64,000 nt of DNA from a bacterium (GTDB lineage Bacteria; Patescibacteriota; Saccharimonadia; CAILAD01; GCA-016700035), in assembly GCA_016700035.1 (NCBI GenBank), contig CP064998.1, forward strand, positions 267,848 to 331,847, in the 5' to 3' direction. Of this stretch, positions 39,667 to 48,322 are shown in pieces; the first letter of the stretch is position 1, and every line of letters begins with the position of its first letter. The translations under genes were made by a program, and so were the position numbers. Below the pieces are notes generated by a model, which was given only the letters and a program-made list of their open reading frames with translations, was not told the DNA's origin and did no database searches.

Positions 39667-41097
39667 ATGAACGACAAGAGTATGAGCTGGGAGGAATTCC
39701 AGCAGGCCGATCCGGCTGAGCTGGTTGCTCAGTGTGGTGCGTTGTCGGATGCCGATTCGAACGGCACTAAGTCTGGCACTACACCTCGACGCGTCCAGCT
39801 CAAGGCTGGAACGCTGGTGGCACGCCTCATCGAGGCTGACTCAACGCTAGACGAGGCGTCGGCACTGCGAGTGCTCGAGCAGATCCTCAATGAGGGTCGG
39901 ACCGAGCCACAGCAACAGCCAGTAGTCTTGCGTAGTGGCAGTCAATTCGTGCCGGCTTCGCTGGCTGATGCGGTTGATGTCTACATCGCCGGTCTGTCAG
40001 TTGAGTCGATGACTTCGGATGCCAATCTGGCTGAAGAGTCGCACGAAGGCACTTCAGAATCCAGCGATGAGCCACCGCCTTTTTACGGCGATGTGCCCAC
40101 GCAGGATTTTCAGGTTCCGAATGAAGATTCGGATCACGACGAGCCGATCTACGTCGTGGAGTTGCTCGGCGATGAGCCATTGTCCTTGGACGAGCTCATC
40201 ACTCAAGCCAAGCAGAGGTTGTTACCAGTAGCCAATCAGGCCTACGAATATCTGCATAACAAGCAGGAGCATGAGGCCAATGCGGTTGCTGGCGAACTAG
40301 CCAAGATGCTGTGGTACTTTGCCACCGTCATATACCGCACTGCCGGCTGGGATGACGAGCGCATCGAAGCTCAGCTCTGCAAGGGTAAGGATAGCGAAAT
40401 CGTAACCGATCCCAATCGGATGCGGTTTGCTTGGTTCCAGCGGACGGCGCACGCCATGTTCCGTCAAGAGACCAAGACGCCAGAGCAGTTCTTGGCCGAG
40501 TTCAAGTTCCCAGGGCTAGCTCGACGTAAGCCAGCGCCCGCGCAGCAGCCGGATAATCAGGAGCTTCCTTCTGATGAAGATCTGGCCGATGTGGTGAGCG
40601 ATACGGCTTGGGCTGATGAGGGTGATGCACTACCGCCAGCTGATGAGGCTGAGTCGGTGGTGATTGAGCCTGGCCCGATCGTTGTCGACGAAGTTGATGG
40701 GCGTCGCCGAGTTTCTAGTGGCGATATCCCTCCGCATCCGCGTCATATTGTGTATGGTGGCGGGCCGAAGCCTTCGACTGAGAGGTCGGTGCGCGAGCGG
40801 CTCGATGCTTTGCGTGATAGCTTGGCAGCCACGGTTGACGATGCGGCAACGGATGATTCCGATATTGAGACGCCGGCTAGTGACGAGTCGCCTTTGGGTG
40901 GCGCAATCGGTGGGCGAGAGCGCTCGGATGAGTCGATTCTGGCCAACCTACCGGATGAGGTGGTGCTTGCGGCCATCGATACTGTTCTGGCGGACTCCGA
41001 CCCAGAGCAGTGTTGGGCCTATCGTTCACCGCTAGCGGTGCGTGAGGAGGCCGACCGGCGTCTACTTGTGGAGTATCGTCAGCTGAGTGCTGCTTGA
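39667..41097 (+). CDS. Acidic hypothetical protein (moderately high GC)
   Basis: 476 aa from ATG 39667 (GAAGGGAAG upstream). Asp/Glu-rich with no TM segment. GC ~55-58 %. Confidence 0.45.
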   Translation: MNDKSMSWEEFQQADPAELVAQCGALSDADSNGTKSGTTPRRVQLKAGTLVARLIEADSTLDEASALRVLEQILNEGRTEPQQQPVVLRSGSQFVPASLADAVDVYIAGLSVESMTSDANLAEESHEGTSESSDEPPPFYGDVPTQDFQVPNEDSDHDEPIYVVELLGDEPLSLDELITQAKQRLLPVANQAYEYLHNKQEHEANAVAGELAKMLWYFATVIYRTAGWDDERIEAQLCKGKDSEIVTDPNRMRFAWFQRTAHAMFRQETKTPEQFLAEFKFPGLARRKPAPAQQPDNQELPSDEDLADVVSDTAWADEGDALPPADEAESVVIEPGPIVVDEVDGRRRVSSGDIPPHPRHIVYGGGPKPSTERSVRERLDALRDSLAATVDDAATDDSDIETPASDESPLGGAIGGRERSDESILANLPDEVVLAAIDTVLADSDPEQCWAYRSPLAVREEADRRLLVEYRQLSAA

Positions 41098-41188
41098 TAT
41101 TTCGCTGGGGTGGGCTGGGTAATACCAACTCGCCCTATTTTTTTGTTAACAATCTTTGGCATAAGCATATTGACTTTATTAAAAACTA

Positions 41189-41217
41189 TTGCAAAATTAC
41201 TACTTTTATGCTATTAT
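41189..41217 (+). promoter_or_regulatory. Sigma70-like promoter (TTGCAA-17-TATTAT) in an AT-rich spacer immediately upstream of the high-GC gene pair
   Basis: Read from the sequence; it sits 65 nt upstream of ATG 41282. Confidence 0.4.
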
Positions 41218-41281
41218 GCGTGAGTAATCGTACCTAGCCCGGGTGTCAGAGACTCCCGGCACAACAACCCCAGGAGGGGAA

Positions 41282-42073
41282 ATGACCAATCGCACAGCAA
41301 GGACTGAGGCGGCTGAGATCGCCCTGGCCCGGCACCACCGTGCCGAGCATGACAACTTCGAGCGTCAGCTCGAAGAGGTGGGCGTCGAGATCGCCCGCTT
41401 GAACGCGGCCATCGCCGACCGGAACGACGAGCTGACCCAGGCGGCCAGCCAGACGTTCCGAACCATCCTCCGTGAGGAGGTGGCACAGTTGGAGCGCCAG
41501 CTGGCTGAGCGTGGCGCCGAGCAGCAGGACATCCTGCAGCAGCTCGGTACGCTCCGCACCACCGTGGCGAACCACGACCGTCGCCTCGGCACGCTGGAGA
41601 GCAGGACGACCTGCCTGCGCGGCGATGTCGACGGGCTGCAGGCCCATTCTGAGGCGCATGCCTCGGCGATCTCGCAGATCCAGGCTGCCAACGGCTGGAT
41701 CCCGCCGGCTGCTGCTGCGGTCGCCGGCTTCATCACCTACCTCTTCATCGAGTGGGTGGTGGACGCTTGGCGCGTTGGCCAGGTGTCCACCCACATCCAG
41801 TGGGCCTGGACTCTGGCTGTCGCCGCGATCGTTGGGCTCATCACGAGCCTGCTGACGGGTGAAGGGCACATCAGTGCCCGGACTAGCTCGTCGGCATCGG
41901 CGGGAGCGGGCACCACACCCGCACTCCCACCGGCCGACCAGCCGGTTACCGCCACACAGGTGGTGGCAACACCGGCACCGGCACCGGCAGGTCAGGTGGC
42001 ACCGCCACCCCCTCCCACTGGTCAGTTTCCGACCGTGCAGGCTGCAGCCGCAGCCGTCGCACAGACGAACTGA
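41282..42073 (+). CDS. Hypothetical coiled-coil membrane protein with Ala/Pro-rich tail (very high GC)
   Basis: ATG 41282 preceded by AGGAGGGG. Long coiled-coil, then 2 TM helices, then a PAPAPAG/PPPPPTG tail. ~65-68 % GC by eye. Antisense ORFs in the track are high-GC artefacts. Confidence 0.5.
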   Translation: MTNRTARTEAAEIALARHHRAEHDNFERQLEEVGVEIARLNAAIADRNDELTQAASQTFRTILREEVAQLERQLAERGAEQQDILQQLGTLRTTVANHDRRLGTLESRTTCLRGDVDGLQAHSEAHASAISQIQAANGWIPPAAAAVAGFITYLFIEWVVDAWRVGQVSTHIQWAWTLAVAAIVGLITSLLTGEGHISARTSSSASAGAGTTPALPPADQPVTATQVVATPAPAPAGQVAPPPPPTGQFPTVQAAAAAVAQTN

Positions 42074-42079
42074 CTCGCT

Positions 42080-42125
42080 CCTCTAGGGCCTTCGGGCCCT
42101 AGAGGAAACTCTTTCAAGTTTTATT
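42080..42125 (+). terminator. GC-rich hairpin terminator
   Basis: Perfect 11-bp stem CCTCTAGGGCC-TTCG-GGCCCTAGAGG (tetraloop) followed by a T-rich stretch. Confidence 0.5.
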
Positions 42126-42238
42126 CTGGCCTGGAGTACAAATCTCTGGTAAAGCAGAGGTAAGTTCTCAAAGTCAGAACCAGAACCTGAACATCCATGT
42201 GTCGCCGAGAGCGACACCGATCCGAAAGGAGGTGCGCC

Positions 42239-43348
42239 ATGCGCGCACCCAAGTCACCTCAGCAGAAGTTCTTCTTTGGGCTTCTGGGGGCAGCGGCAGC
42301 ACTGCTGCTAGCCTTCCCCGTCATCACGGCGATCGCCGACCCAGGTCCGCCCGATGCCGGCGCCGACCCAACCACCACCACGGTGGCTCCGGCCACGTGT
42401 GGCGCCACGCCGCACTTCTTTGCTCGCGATACCGCAGGTAACCAGTTCGGCCCTCCGGCTCCGGAGGATCCGGCCAACGTGGCAGCCACGCAGGCGGACT
42501 TCGCCGCGCGACGCTGCGCTGACGCCGCCCTATTGGTGGGTGACTCCGAGTATCTCTTCAACGAGTTCTCGGATCCCGCCATCCGCGTCCAGAAGACCAT
42601 CGATTTGATGGCCAACCCGGACGCCTGGTCTCTGGCTGAACTCCGCTTCCAGGCGCGTCTCAACGAGGCCACCAAGGTGGAGATCGTCGAGATGGGTGGC
42701 CGCTATCAGACCATGGACATGGTGGACCAGGGGAGAATCATCCCTGAAATCTACCAGATCCCGGTCGAAGCCAAGCCGTTCCGCGTGATCCGCTACACGT
42801 TCCCGGACGGGTCCGTGAAGCAGTTCAAGCTGAACTGTGGGTATCAGCCGGTGGAGCAGAACTTCCCGGCCAGTGTGCCAGGATCGGGAGCTCCGCCGGC
42901 GCCGAACCAGCCGTCGCACCCGGTCAAGCCGGCAAAGCCCGGTAAGCCCGGACGGCCGACCACCACGGTGCCGACAACGGTCAAGCCCGGCAAGTGCGCC
43001 GGACAGACCGGGCCGTACTGTGGCAAGCCAGACTCCGGTCCGGAGTTCGACCCCGTCAACTCCAACCCGCAAAAGCCGACCCCGGGCTACGTGCCCGGCA
43101 ACGCCGAGCGGGTGATCGACCAGCAGAACCGAGACGCGGAAGCGACTCGGAACGGCGCCGATCCCTACCGGCCGACCCAGTACGGCACACCCGGCACGGG
43201 CACTGGCTCTGGCGTCACCACGCCATCTGGTGCAACCGACGGGCCGTCTGGCACCACCACCGGTGGAAGTGCCGGGGCCTCCAACCCCGACATGAACACC
43301 AATGTCGGTGGCCAGACCAATACGGGCACAGTGGCTCCGCCTCCGTGA
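42239..43348 (+). CDS. Secreted hypothetical protein with Pro/Thr/Gly-rich C-terminal region (very high GC)
   Basis: ATG 42239 preceded by AAGGAGG. Signal peptide 'FFFGLLGAAAALLLAFPVITAIA'. Globular middle with Cys pairs. Low-complexity PTTTVPTT / GTGTGSG tail. Confidence 0.5.
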   Translation: MRAPKSPQQKFFFGLLGAAAALLLAFPVITAIADPGPPDAGADPTTTTVAPATCGATPHFFARDTAGNQFGPPAPEDPANVAATQADFAARRCADAALLVGDSEYLFNEFSDPAIRVQKTIDLMANPDAWSLAELRFQARLNEATKVEIVEMGGRYQTMDMVDQGRIIPEIYQIPVEAKPFRVIRYTFPDGSVKQFKLNCGYQPVEQNFPASVPGSGAPPAPNQPSHPVKPAKPGKPGRPTTTVPTTVKPGKCAGQTGPYCGKPDSGPEFDPVNSNPQKPTPGYVPGNAERVIDQQNRDAEATRNGADPYRPTQYGTPGTGTGSGVTTPSGATDGPSGTTTGGSAGASNPDMNTNVGGQTNTGTVAPPP

Positions 43349-43385
43349 CCGTGGCCTGAGCTTTCGGATGTTCAGGTCTTTCTAG

Positions 43386-43425
43386 CCCCAGGGCGCCTCG
43401 TGCGCCCTGGGGTTTTTCCTTTTAT
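43386..43425 (+). terminator. Strong intrinsic terminator closing the high-GC block
   Basis: Perfect 11-bp stem CCCCAGGGCGC-ctcgt-GCGCCCTGGGG followed by TTTTTCCTTTTATT. Confidence 0.6.
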
Positions 43426-43461
43426 TGGGTTAAGCCAGAAATAAAAGCATAACCAAAACCA

Positions 43462-43490
43462 TTGACAAAATACTATAATTCTGATACAAT
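43462..43490 (+). promoter_or_regulatory. Sigma70-like promoter TTGACA-17-TACAAT upstream of the LPQTG protein gene
   Basis: Consensus -35 and near-consensus -10 with 17-nt spacing; ~150-nt leader to ATG 43642. Confidence 0.4.
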
Positions 43491-43641
43491 ACTTAAGTCA
43501 TTCACACCAGGTGTGATGGAGTTACTTAACAGCGCGAATATCGTTTCCCAACAGAAGCAAAAGTTCTTGACGACTGTAAGAAATTATCAAATAACCGTAA
43601 GCTTTTTCCGCTCAAATTTTGAGTGGTGAAAGGAGAAGCAC

Positions 43642-44829
43642 ATGAAAATTTCGGCTAAGCTCCGTTATGCTGTGCTGGCAACTGCTCTTATTGCAGTTCC
43701 GGCCGTAGCTGGTGCTACTAGTCAGGTTGCCTTAGAGGGTCGTACTGCAGTTGCTAACCAAACTGCTGGTGCTACCACCTATACAAAATCGACTAGTGCT
43801 AAAACCGATGAAGTGGTAAAAGTACAGATTTGGTACCACAACAAAGAAGAAGCCAACTCTGGTAAAGTAGCAAACAATCTTAAAGTAAAAATCGATCTCC
43901 CAACTCAAACTGGCAAAAGCCAAGTTGTTAAGGGAACCATAAGTGCTGATAACGCTAATACCGTTACCGACACTGCAAACGTCAACCTCGCTCTGGATCA
44001 GAGCCGTCTGGAATATATTCCAGGTTCCGCTCAGTGGCGCCACAACAAGGGTACCAACGAGCAGCCCAACTGGGTAACTGAATCTATCAGTGACCAAGTT
44101 GTTGGAACTGGAATTGTTCTTGAGAACGCAAAGCCTTGCTTCAACTACGAAGCCAATGTTACAGTACTTGCTCGGGTTAAAACTCCTGCAGTTTCGATCA
44201 CTAAACAAGTTCGTGTACTTGGTGAAAAAGAGTGGAAGACTGAAAACACCGCCAAAGCTGGTGACACACTTGAGTACTTGATTTCCTACAAAAACGAAGG
44301 CAATACAACTCTCAAGAACGTTATCATTGCTGATAACATGCCAGCTAACGTTACCTACGTACCAGGTACTACGATGATTAAAAATGCATCAAATCCAACT
44401 GGTACAAAAGTAAACTCTGACAATATCACCAAAGGTGGTATTAATGTCGGAAATTACACCCCAGGTAGCAATGGTTTTGTATGGTTCCAGGCTAAGATTG
44501 ATTCAAATCTAAAACCAGGTAACTATACCTTCAAGAACGTTGGTATTGTGAAGCCAGAAGGTATGGGTGAATACTTCAATGCAGCAAAAACTACGGTTGT
44601 TGTTGCACCGAAGCCAACTACCCCACCTACTACTCCACCTACGCCAATTACTCCAAAGCCTACAACTCCAGTAACTCCGGTAACCCCTGAGCAGCCTAGC
44701 TTGCCTCAGACTGGTATCGAAACTGGCGTAGCAGGTCTGTTGGGAACGGGTGGTCTCACCTATGCTGGTTATTTCTACCGAAAGAGCCGTAAAGGTTTGA
44801 GTACTGCGCTTAAAAACGTTGTAAAGTAA
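43642..44829 (+). CDS. Cell-wall-anchored protein with a DUF11-like repeat domain and an LPQTG sortase signal
   Basis: Signal peptide. 'GDTLEYLISYKNEGNTTLKNVIIADNMPANVTYVPGT' is a DUF11-type motif. PT-rich linker, then 'LPQTG', a TM helix and 'YRKSRKG'. Confidence 0.65.
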   Translation: MKISAKLRYAVLATALIAVPAVAGATSQVALEGRTAVANQTAGATTYTKSTSAKTDEVVKVQIWYHNKEEANSGKVANNLKVKIDLPTQTGKSQVVKGTISADNANTVTDTANVNLALDQSRLEYIPGSAQWRHNKGTNEQPNWVTESISDQVVGTGIVLENAKPCFNYEANVTVLARVKTPAVSITKQVRVLGEKEWKTENTAKAGDTLEYLISYKNEGNTTLKNVIIADNMPANVTYVPGTTMIKNASNPTGTKVNSDNITKGGINVGNYTPGSNGFVWFQAKIDSNLKPGNYTFKNVGIVKPEGMGEYFNAAKTTVVVAPKPTTPPTTPPTPITPKPTTPVTPVTPEQPSLPQTGIETGVAGLLGTGGLTYAGYFYRKSRKGLSTALKNVVK

Positions 44830-44857
44830 CAGACTACAGCTTGTAGTCTTACGGCCA

Positions 44858-44900
44858 AACTCCCCAAGTGAGGAAAATCTCATGCGGGGAGTTTTGGTTT
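44858..44900 (+). terminator. Intrinsic terminator after the LPQTG protein gene
   Basis: CTCCCC…GGGGAG hairpin followed by TTTTGGTTT. A second perfect 8-bp hairpin AGACTACA-gct-TGTAGTCT at 44831-44849 has no T-run. Confidence 0.45.
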
Positions 44901-44934
44901 ATAGGAAAAGCTATAGCAGGTATAATAATTACTG

Positions 44935-46023
44935 ATGAAACCAATAATTGATCGTTTAACGAGGCTTTTAGAGCAGGTGCAGGGGGCAATCAGCCAACTT
45001 CATCTGGACTCTGAGCAAAAGGTGCTTGACGAGCTGGAGGCTCGCATGCTGGCGCCTGATTTTTGGTCCGACCAGGGTGAGGCGCAAAAAATTAGCCAAG
45101 AAGTGGCTATGCTTCGAAAATTTATTGATAGCTGGCGCGTTATGGAAGATTCGATTAAAACCATGCTTGAACTGGCTCAGATATCTGACGAATCATTGCT
45201 TGACGCTTTAACTAAGTCTACAGACGAGATTGAAGACTCGGTTCGGCAGATGATGATTACTGTTAAGCTGGCTGGTGATTATGATAAGAATACGGCTATT
45301 GTGCAGATTTCGGCTGGAGTTGGTGGCACAGATGCTCAAGATTGGGCTGAGATGCTACTTACGATGTACTCGCGAGCAGCTGAAAAGCTCGATTTGGTTG
45401 CTAGTTTGGTGGATATCTCACGCGGTGAAGAGGCGGGGATAAAGTCGGCCACGCTAGAAATTACTGGTCCATTTGCTTTTGGTAAGCTTAAGAGTGAAAA
45501 AGGGGTGCATCGGCTGGTGCGTCTTTCACCATTTAATAGTGATAGCTTACGTCAGACCAGTTTTGCGTTGGTAGATGTGGTACCAGAAATTCCAATGGAG
45601 GGAATTGATTTAGATGAGAAGGATCTGCGGATTGATGTGTATCGAGCTGGTGGACATGGCGGCCAGAGTGTTAATACAACCGATTCAGCGGTGCGAGTTA
45701 CTCATCTTCCGACCGGAATTGTGGTTTCTATTCAAAATGAGCGCTCGCAACTCAAAAATAAGGCTAAGGCACTATCTATTTTAGGGGCTAAGTTGGCGGA
45801 ATTGGCGCGTGAACAACATCTGGAATCAATCGCTGAATTACGTGGTAAAGTACAGTCAGCTGATTGGGGTCAACAGATCCGGAGCTATGTCTTACACCCT
45901 TATAAAAAGGTTAAAGATCATCGCACTGGCTATGAAACCAGCGATACCGAAGCGGTTTTAGCTGGTGAGATTGAGCCATTTATTGAAGCTTACTTATTAA
46001 AGACTCTCGATAAAAAGTCATAA
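44935..46023 (+). CDS. prfB: Peptide chain release factor 2 (single uninterrupted frame)
   Basis: RF2 tripeptide 'SPF' in 'RLSPFNSDSLRQTSFA'; GGQ motif 'AGGHGGQSVNTTDSAVR'; 362 aa with no internal frameshift site. Confidence 0.85.
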   Translation: MKPIIDRLTRLLEQVQGAISQLHLDSEQKVLDELEARMLAPDFWSDQGEAQKISQEVAMLRKFIDSWRVMEDSIKTMLELAQISDESLLDALTKSTDEIEDSVRQMMITVKLAGDYDKNTAIVQISAGVGGTDAQDWAEMLLTMYSRAAEKLDLVASLVDISRGEEAGIKSATLEITGPFAFGKLKSEKGVHRLVRLSPFNSDSLRQTSFALVDVVPEIPMEGIDLDEKDLRIDVYRAGGHGGQSVNTTDSAVRVTHLPTGIVVSIQNERSQLKNKAKALSILGAKLAELAREQHLESIAELRGKVQSADWGQQIRSYVLHPYKKVKDHRTGYETSDTEAVLAGEIEPFIEAYLLKTLDKKS

Positions 46024-46039
46024 AATATCAAATTAACTG

Positions 46040-46068
46040 TTGACATAACAAGCATAAGCGTGTAATAT
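46040..46068 (+). promoter_or_regulatory. Sigma70-like promoter TTGACA-17-TAATAT at the head of a ~450-nt leader preceding the ABC exporter
   Basis: Consensus -35, 17-nt spacer and near-consensus -10, read directly from the sequence. Confidence 0.45.
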
Positions 46069-46517
46069 AGGTGCATTATGAATACTATAAGTCTTATTAT
46101 CCAACTGCCAACACCTGGCTTGTTTTCAGCGTACGTCGATGAAGCGACTGTTTCTCGCGTCGTAAGACTCGTGGTTATTTGAGCTACTTAGCTGTAGCAA
46201 CTGAACTCTTTTTATAAAACATCTGTTGAATCAGACATATTTTTCAAGAATAGATCAGGACTTATCCACGAGGATAACAAATCTTGGTTCTATGGTCTAT
46301 ATTATGTCTCTTTAACAACTTTGTGAATTTTGGTAAAAATATCTGTTTTTGATTGATTTTAAAAATAAAGAATATTTTTAGTGGCCTTTTCTGGGGTGGT
46401 GCTGATGCATACGCACCGCCACGGAGGTGGTTTTTCTCTTAGCCTAGAGCTTTAAAACTTCACTCCGAATCTTCACAAGTAAAGATTAGCCGACCATCCA
46501 CTGATGAAAGGATTGCT

Positions 46518-48281
46518 ATGCTACGACGATACCTAGCTCTATACAGAGCGATGGGACAGTACGAGCGTTGCCAGCAAGAACGCGGTGCTATTGTGCGGAA
46601 CATCTGGCTCACCCTGGCCTTTATGTTGGTTGGTGAGACGATGTTGCTTTTTCAGGCTTATCCCTTGAAGATGTACATCGATACCGGCTTGCACAGCGAT
46701 CGGGTGTTACGTTGGACAATTGGTGTAACGATTGCGGTTCTGGTGGCTTACGGGATTGAGGAAGCTTTTGACCGTTTGGCCGACCGCTACCGTTTTCGCG
46801 CTCTGTGGGGGAATTATGCCCTCATCAATGTACTGGGTGCACAGCATTTGCTGGCACTTGGCACGACTTATCACACCGAGAATTCGGCTGGTGAGAAGGA
46901 TTCGATTGTGGCACGTAACCATAAAAAGGTTGATGTTTTGACAGATCAGATCTGTTTTAATGTCGTACCACTGTGCTTTCGGATTGTAGCAATTCTTGTT
47001 TTCAGTTTTACGGCTGATTGGCGAGCCGGGCTTTTGGCCTTGAGCTCAGTTATTCTCTATGGCGCAACGATGTTGTGGTCGCAGAGTTTGAGCCGTCCGC
47101 ATTTCGTAAAATACCGGGCGCAAATGAAGTATCTGGAAAAGTCTGAAGCCGAGCTTTCGCACCATGCCATCACCATTGATGAGCAAGGTTTGACGCGAGA
47201 GTTTGCCGATCGTCATGCCGAGAGCATGGACGAGCTGGTGGCTTCGGAGCGGGTAGCTGTGCCGAAATGGCGTCAGCACCTCGGTTATCAGATGATTTGT
47301 TTGGCCTTCTTGCGCGCCACTTACTATCCAGTTGCCCTGCTGGCCTGGAGGGGTGGTGTATCAGTTGGTACTTTGATTCTACTGTCTGGTATTTTGGAGC
47401 GTATGTGGAGCAATCTCAATCGCTTCCAGGAATTGCAGCGTGTTTTGCGTGAAGGTTTGCCGGCTCTCGATGAGCTGACGGAGCTTTTTAAGACTCAGCC
47501 TGAAGTGGTTGCACCACTCAAGCCAGTGCTCATCACAAATCCACGTGGTGAAATTGCTTTTTCCGATGTTACATATCGTTATGGTGATAGTGGTCAGCCA
47601 GCTTTGAGTGGCATCAACTTTACAATTCACCCAGGTGAGATGGTTGCGCTGGTAGGGCGTTCTGGTAGTGGTAAGTCAACTTTGGCGCGTCTGGTGATGC
47701 GCCTGTATGACCCTACTACTGGAAAAGTTAGTTTTGATGGCGTAGATTTGCTAGAAATCTGTCCGCAGTATCTGCGACGCGAATTAATTGGTTATGTAGC
47801 ACAAGACAACGTGCTGTTTGACCGCTCGATTGGTGACAATATCCGCTTGGGCTGTATTGATGCCGCAGAAGATGCTGTGCGTCAGGCCGCTGAGATGAGC
47901 GCAATTGCTGATTTTATCGAGTCTCTTCCAGAAGGATATGACACGATTGTTGGTGAGCGTGGTATCAAGCTCAGTGGTGGTCAGCGGCAACGATTGGCTC
48001 TAGCTCGCGCTTTGATCAAGCGACCAGCCTTGTTGGTTCTCGATGAGCCAACTAGTGCTTTGGATGCCCAAAGTCAGGATTTCGTTAAGATTACACTGCG
48101 TAAGCTGGCTGAGAGTCAGGATTTGTCGGTGCTAATTATTGCTCATCGCCTGTCGACGATTGAGCCGGCCGATCGGATTGTTTCAATGCAAGACGGTCGA
48201 GTCGAGTTTGTTGGCACAGCCGAAGAGCATGAAGCCTTTAATGGCATTTACTGCGATCTCAAGCGCCGAGAGAGCTTGTGA
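46518..48281 (+). CDS. ABC exporter, fused permease/ATPase (type I exporter fold)
   Basis: 6-TM N-terminal domain; NBD with Walker A 'GRSGSGKST', signature 'LSGGQRQR' and Walker B 'LLVLDEPTSALD'. No C39 peptidase domain. Confidence 0.8.
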   Translation: MLRRYLALYRAMGQYERCQQERGAIVRNIWLTLAFMLVGETMLLFQAYPLKMYIDTGLHSDRVLRWTIGVTIAVLVAYGIEEAFDRLADRYRFRALWGNYALINVLGAQHLLALGTTYHTENSAGEKDSIVARNHKKVDVLTDQICFNVVPLCFRIVAILVFSFTADWRAGLLALSSVILYGATMLWSQSLSRPHFVKYRAQMKYLEKSEAELSHHAITIDEQGLTREFADRHAESMDELVASERVAVPKWRQHLGYQMICLAFLRATYYPVALLAWRGGVSVGTLILLSGILERMWSNLNRFQELQRVLREGLPALDELTELFKTQPEVVAPLKPVLITNPRGEIAFSDVTYRYGDSGQPALSGINFTIHPGEMVALVGRSGSGKSTLARLVMRLYDPTTGKVSFDGVDLLEICPQYLRRELIGYVAQDNVLFDRSIGDNIRLGCIDAAEDAVRQAAEMSAIADFIESLPEGYDTIVGERGIKLSGGQRQRLALARALIKRPALLVLDEPTSALDAQSQDFVKITLRKLAESQDLSVLIIAHRLSTIEPADRIVSMQDGRVEFVGTAEEHEAFNGIYCDLKRRESL

Positions 48282-48322
48282 GGTACTTACCCTTCTGCAA
48301 TTATGTAGGAGGGTTTTTTAAG

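Noticed and set aside
41246-41869. Long antisense ORFs across the high-GC genes (e.g. 41246-41869 and 41365-41736 minus; also 42530-43072 and 42259-42675 minus)
   Set aside because: They are expected stop-codon-poor shadows in >65 % GC DNA. The sense-strand ORFs have strong SD sequences, a signal peptide or TM logic, and terminators. The antisense ORFs have none of these.
44090-44281. Other short alternative-frame ORFs in the six-frame track (e.g. 8..223, 3167..3463, 16584..16874, 33608..33841, 44090..44281)
   Set aside because: Each lies inside a well-supported gene on the same or the opposite strand, with no independent evidence.
46078-46182. Calling the 34-codon leader ORF a bacteriocin-like exported peptide gene
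   Set aside because: There is no double-glycine leader, and the downstream ABC exporter lacks a C39 peptidase domain. It is kept only as a regulatory-leader hypothesis in the findings.
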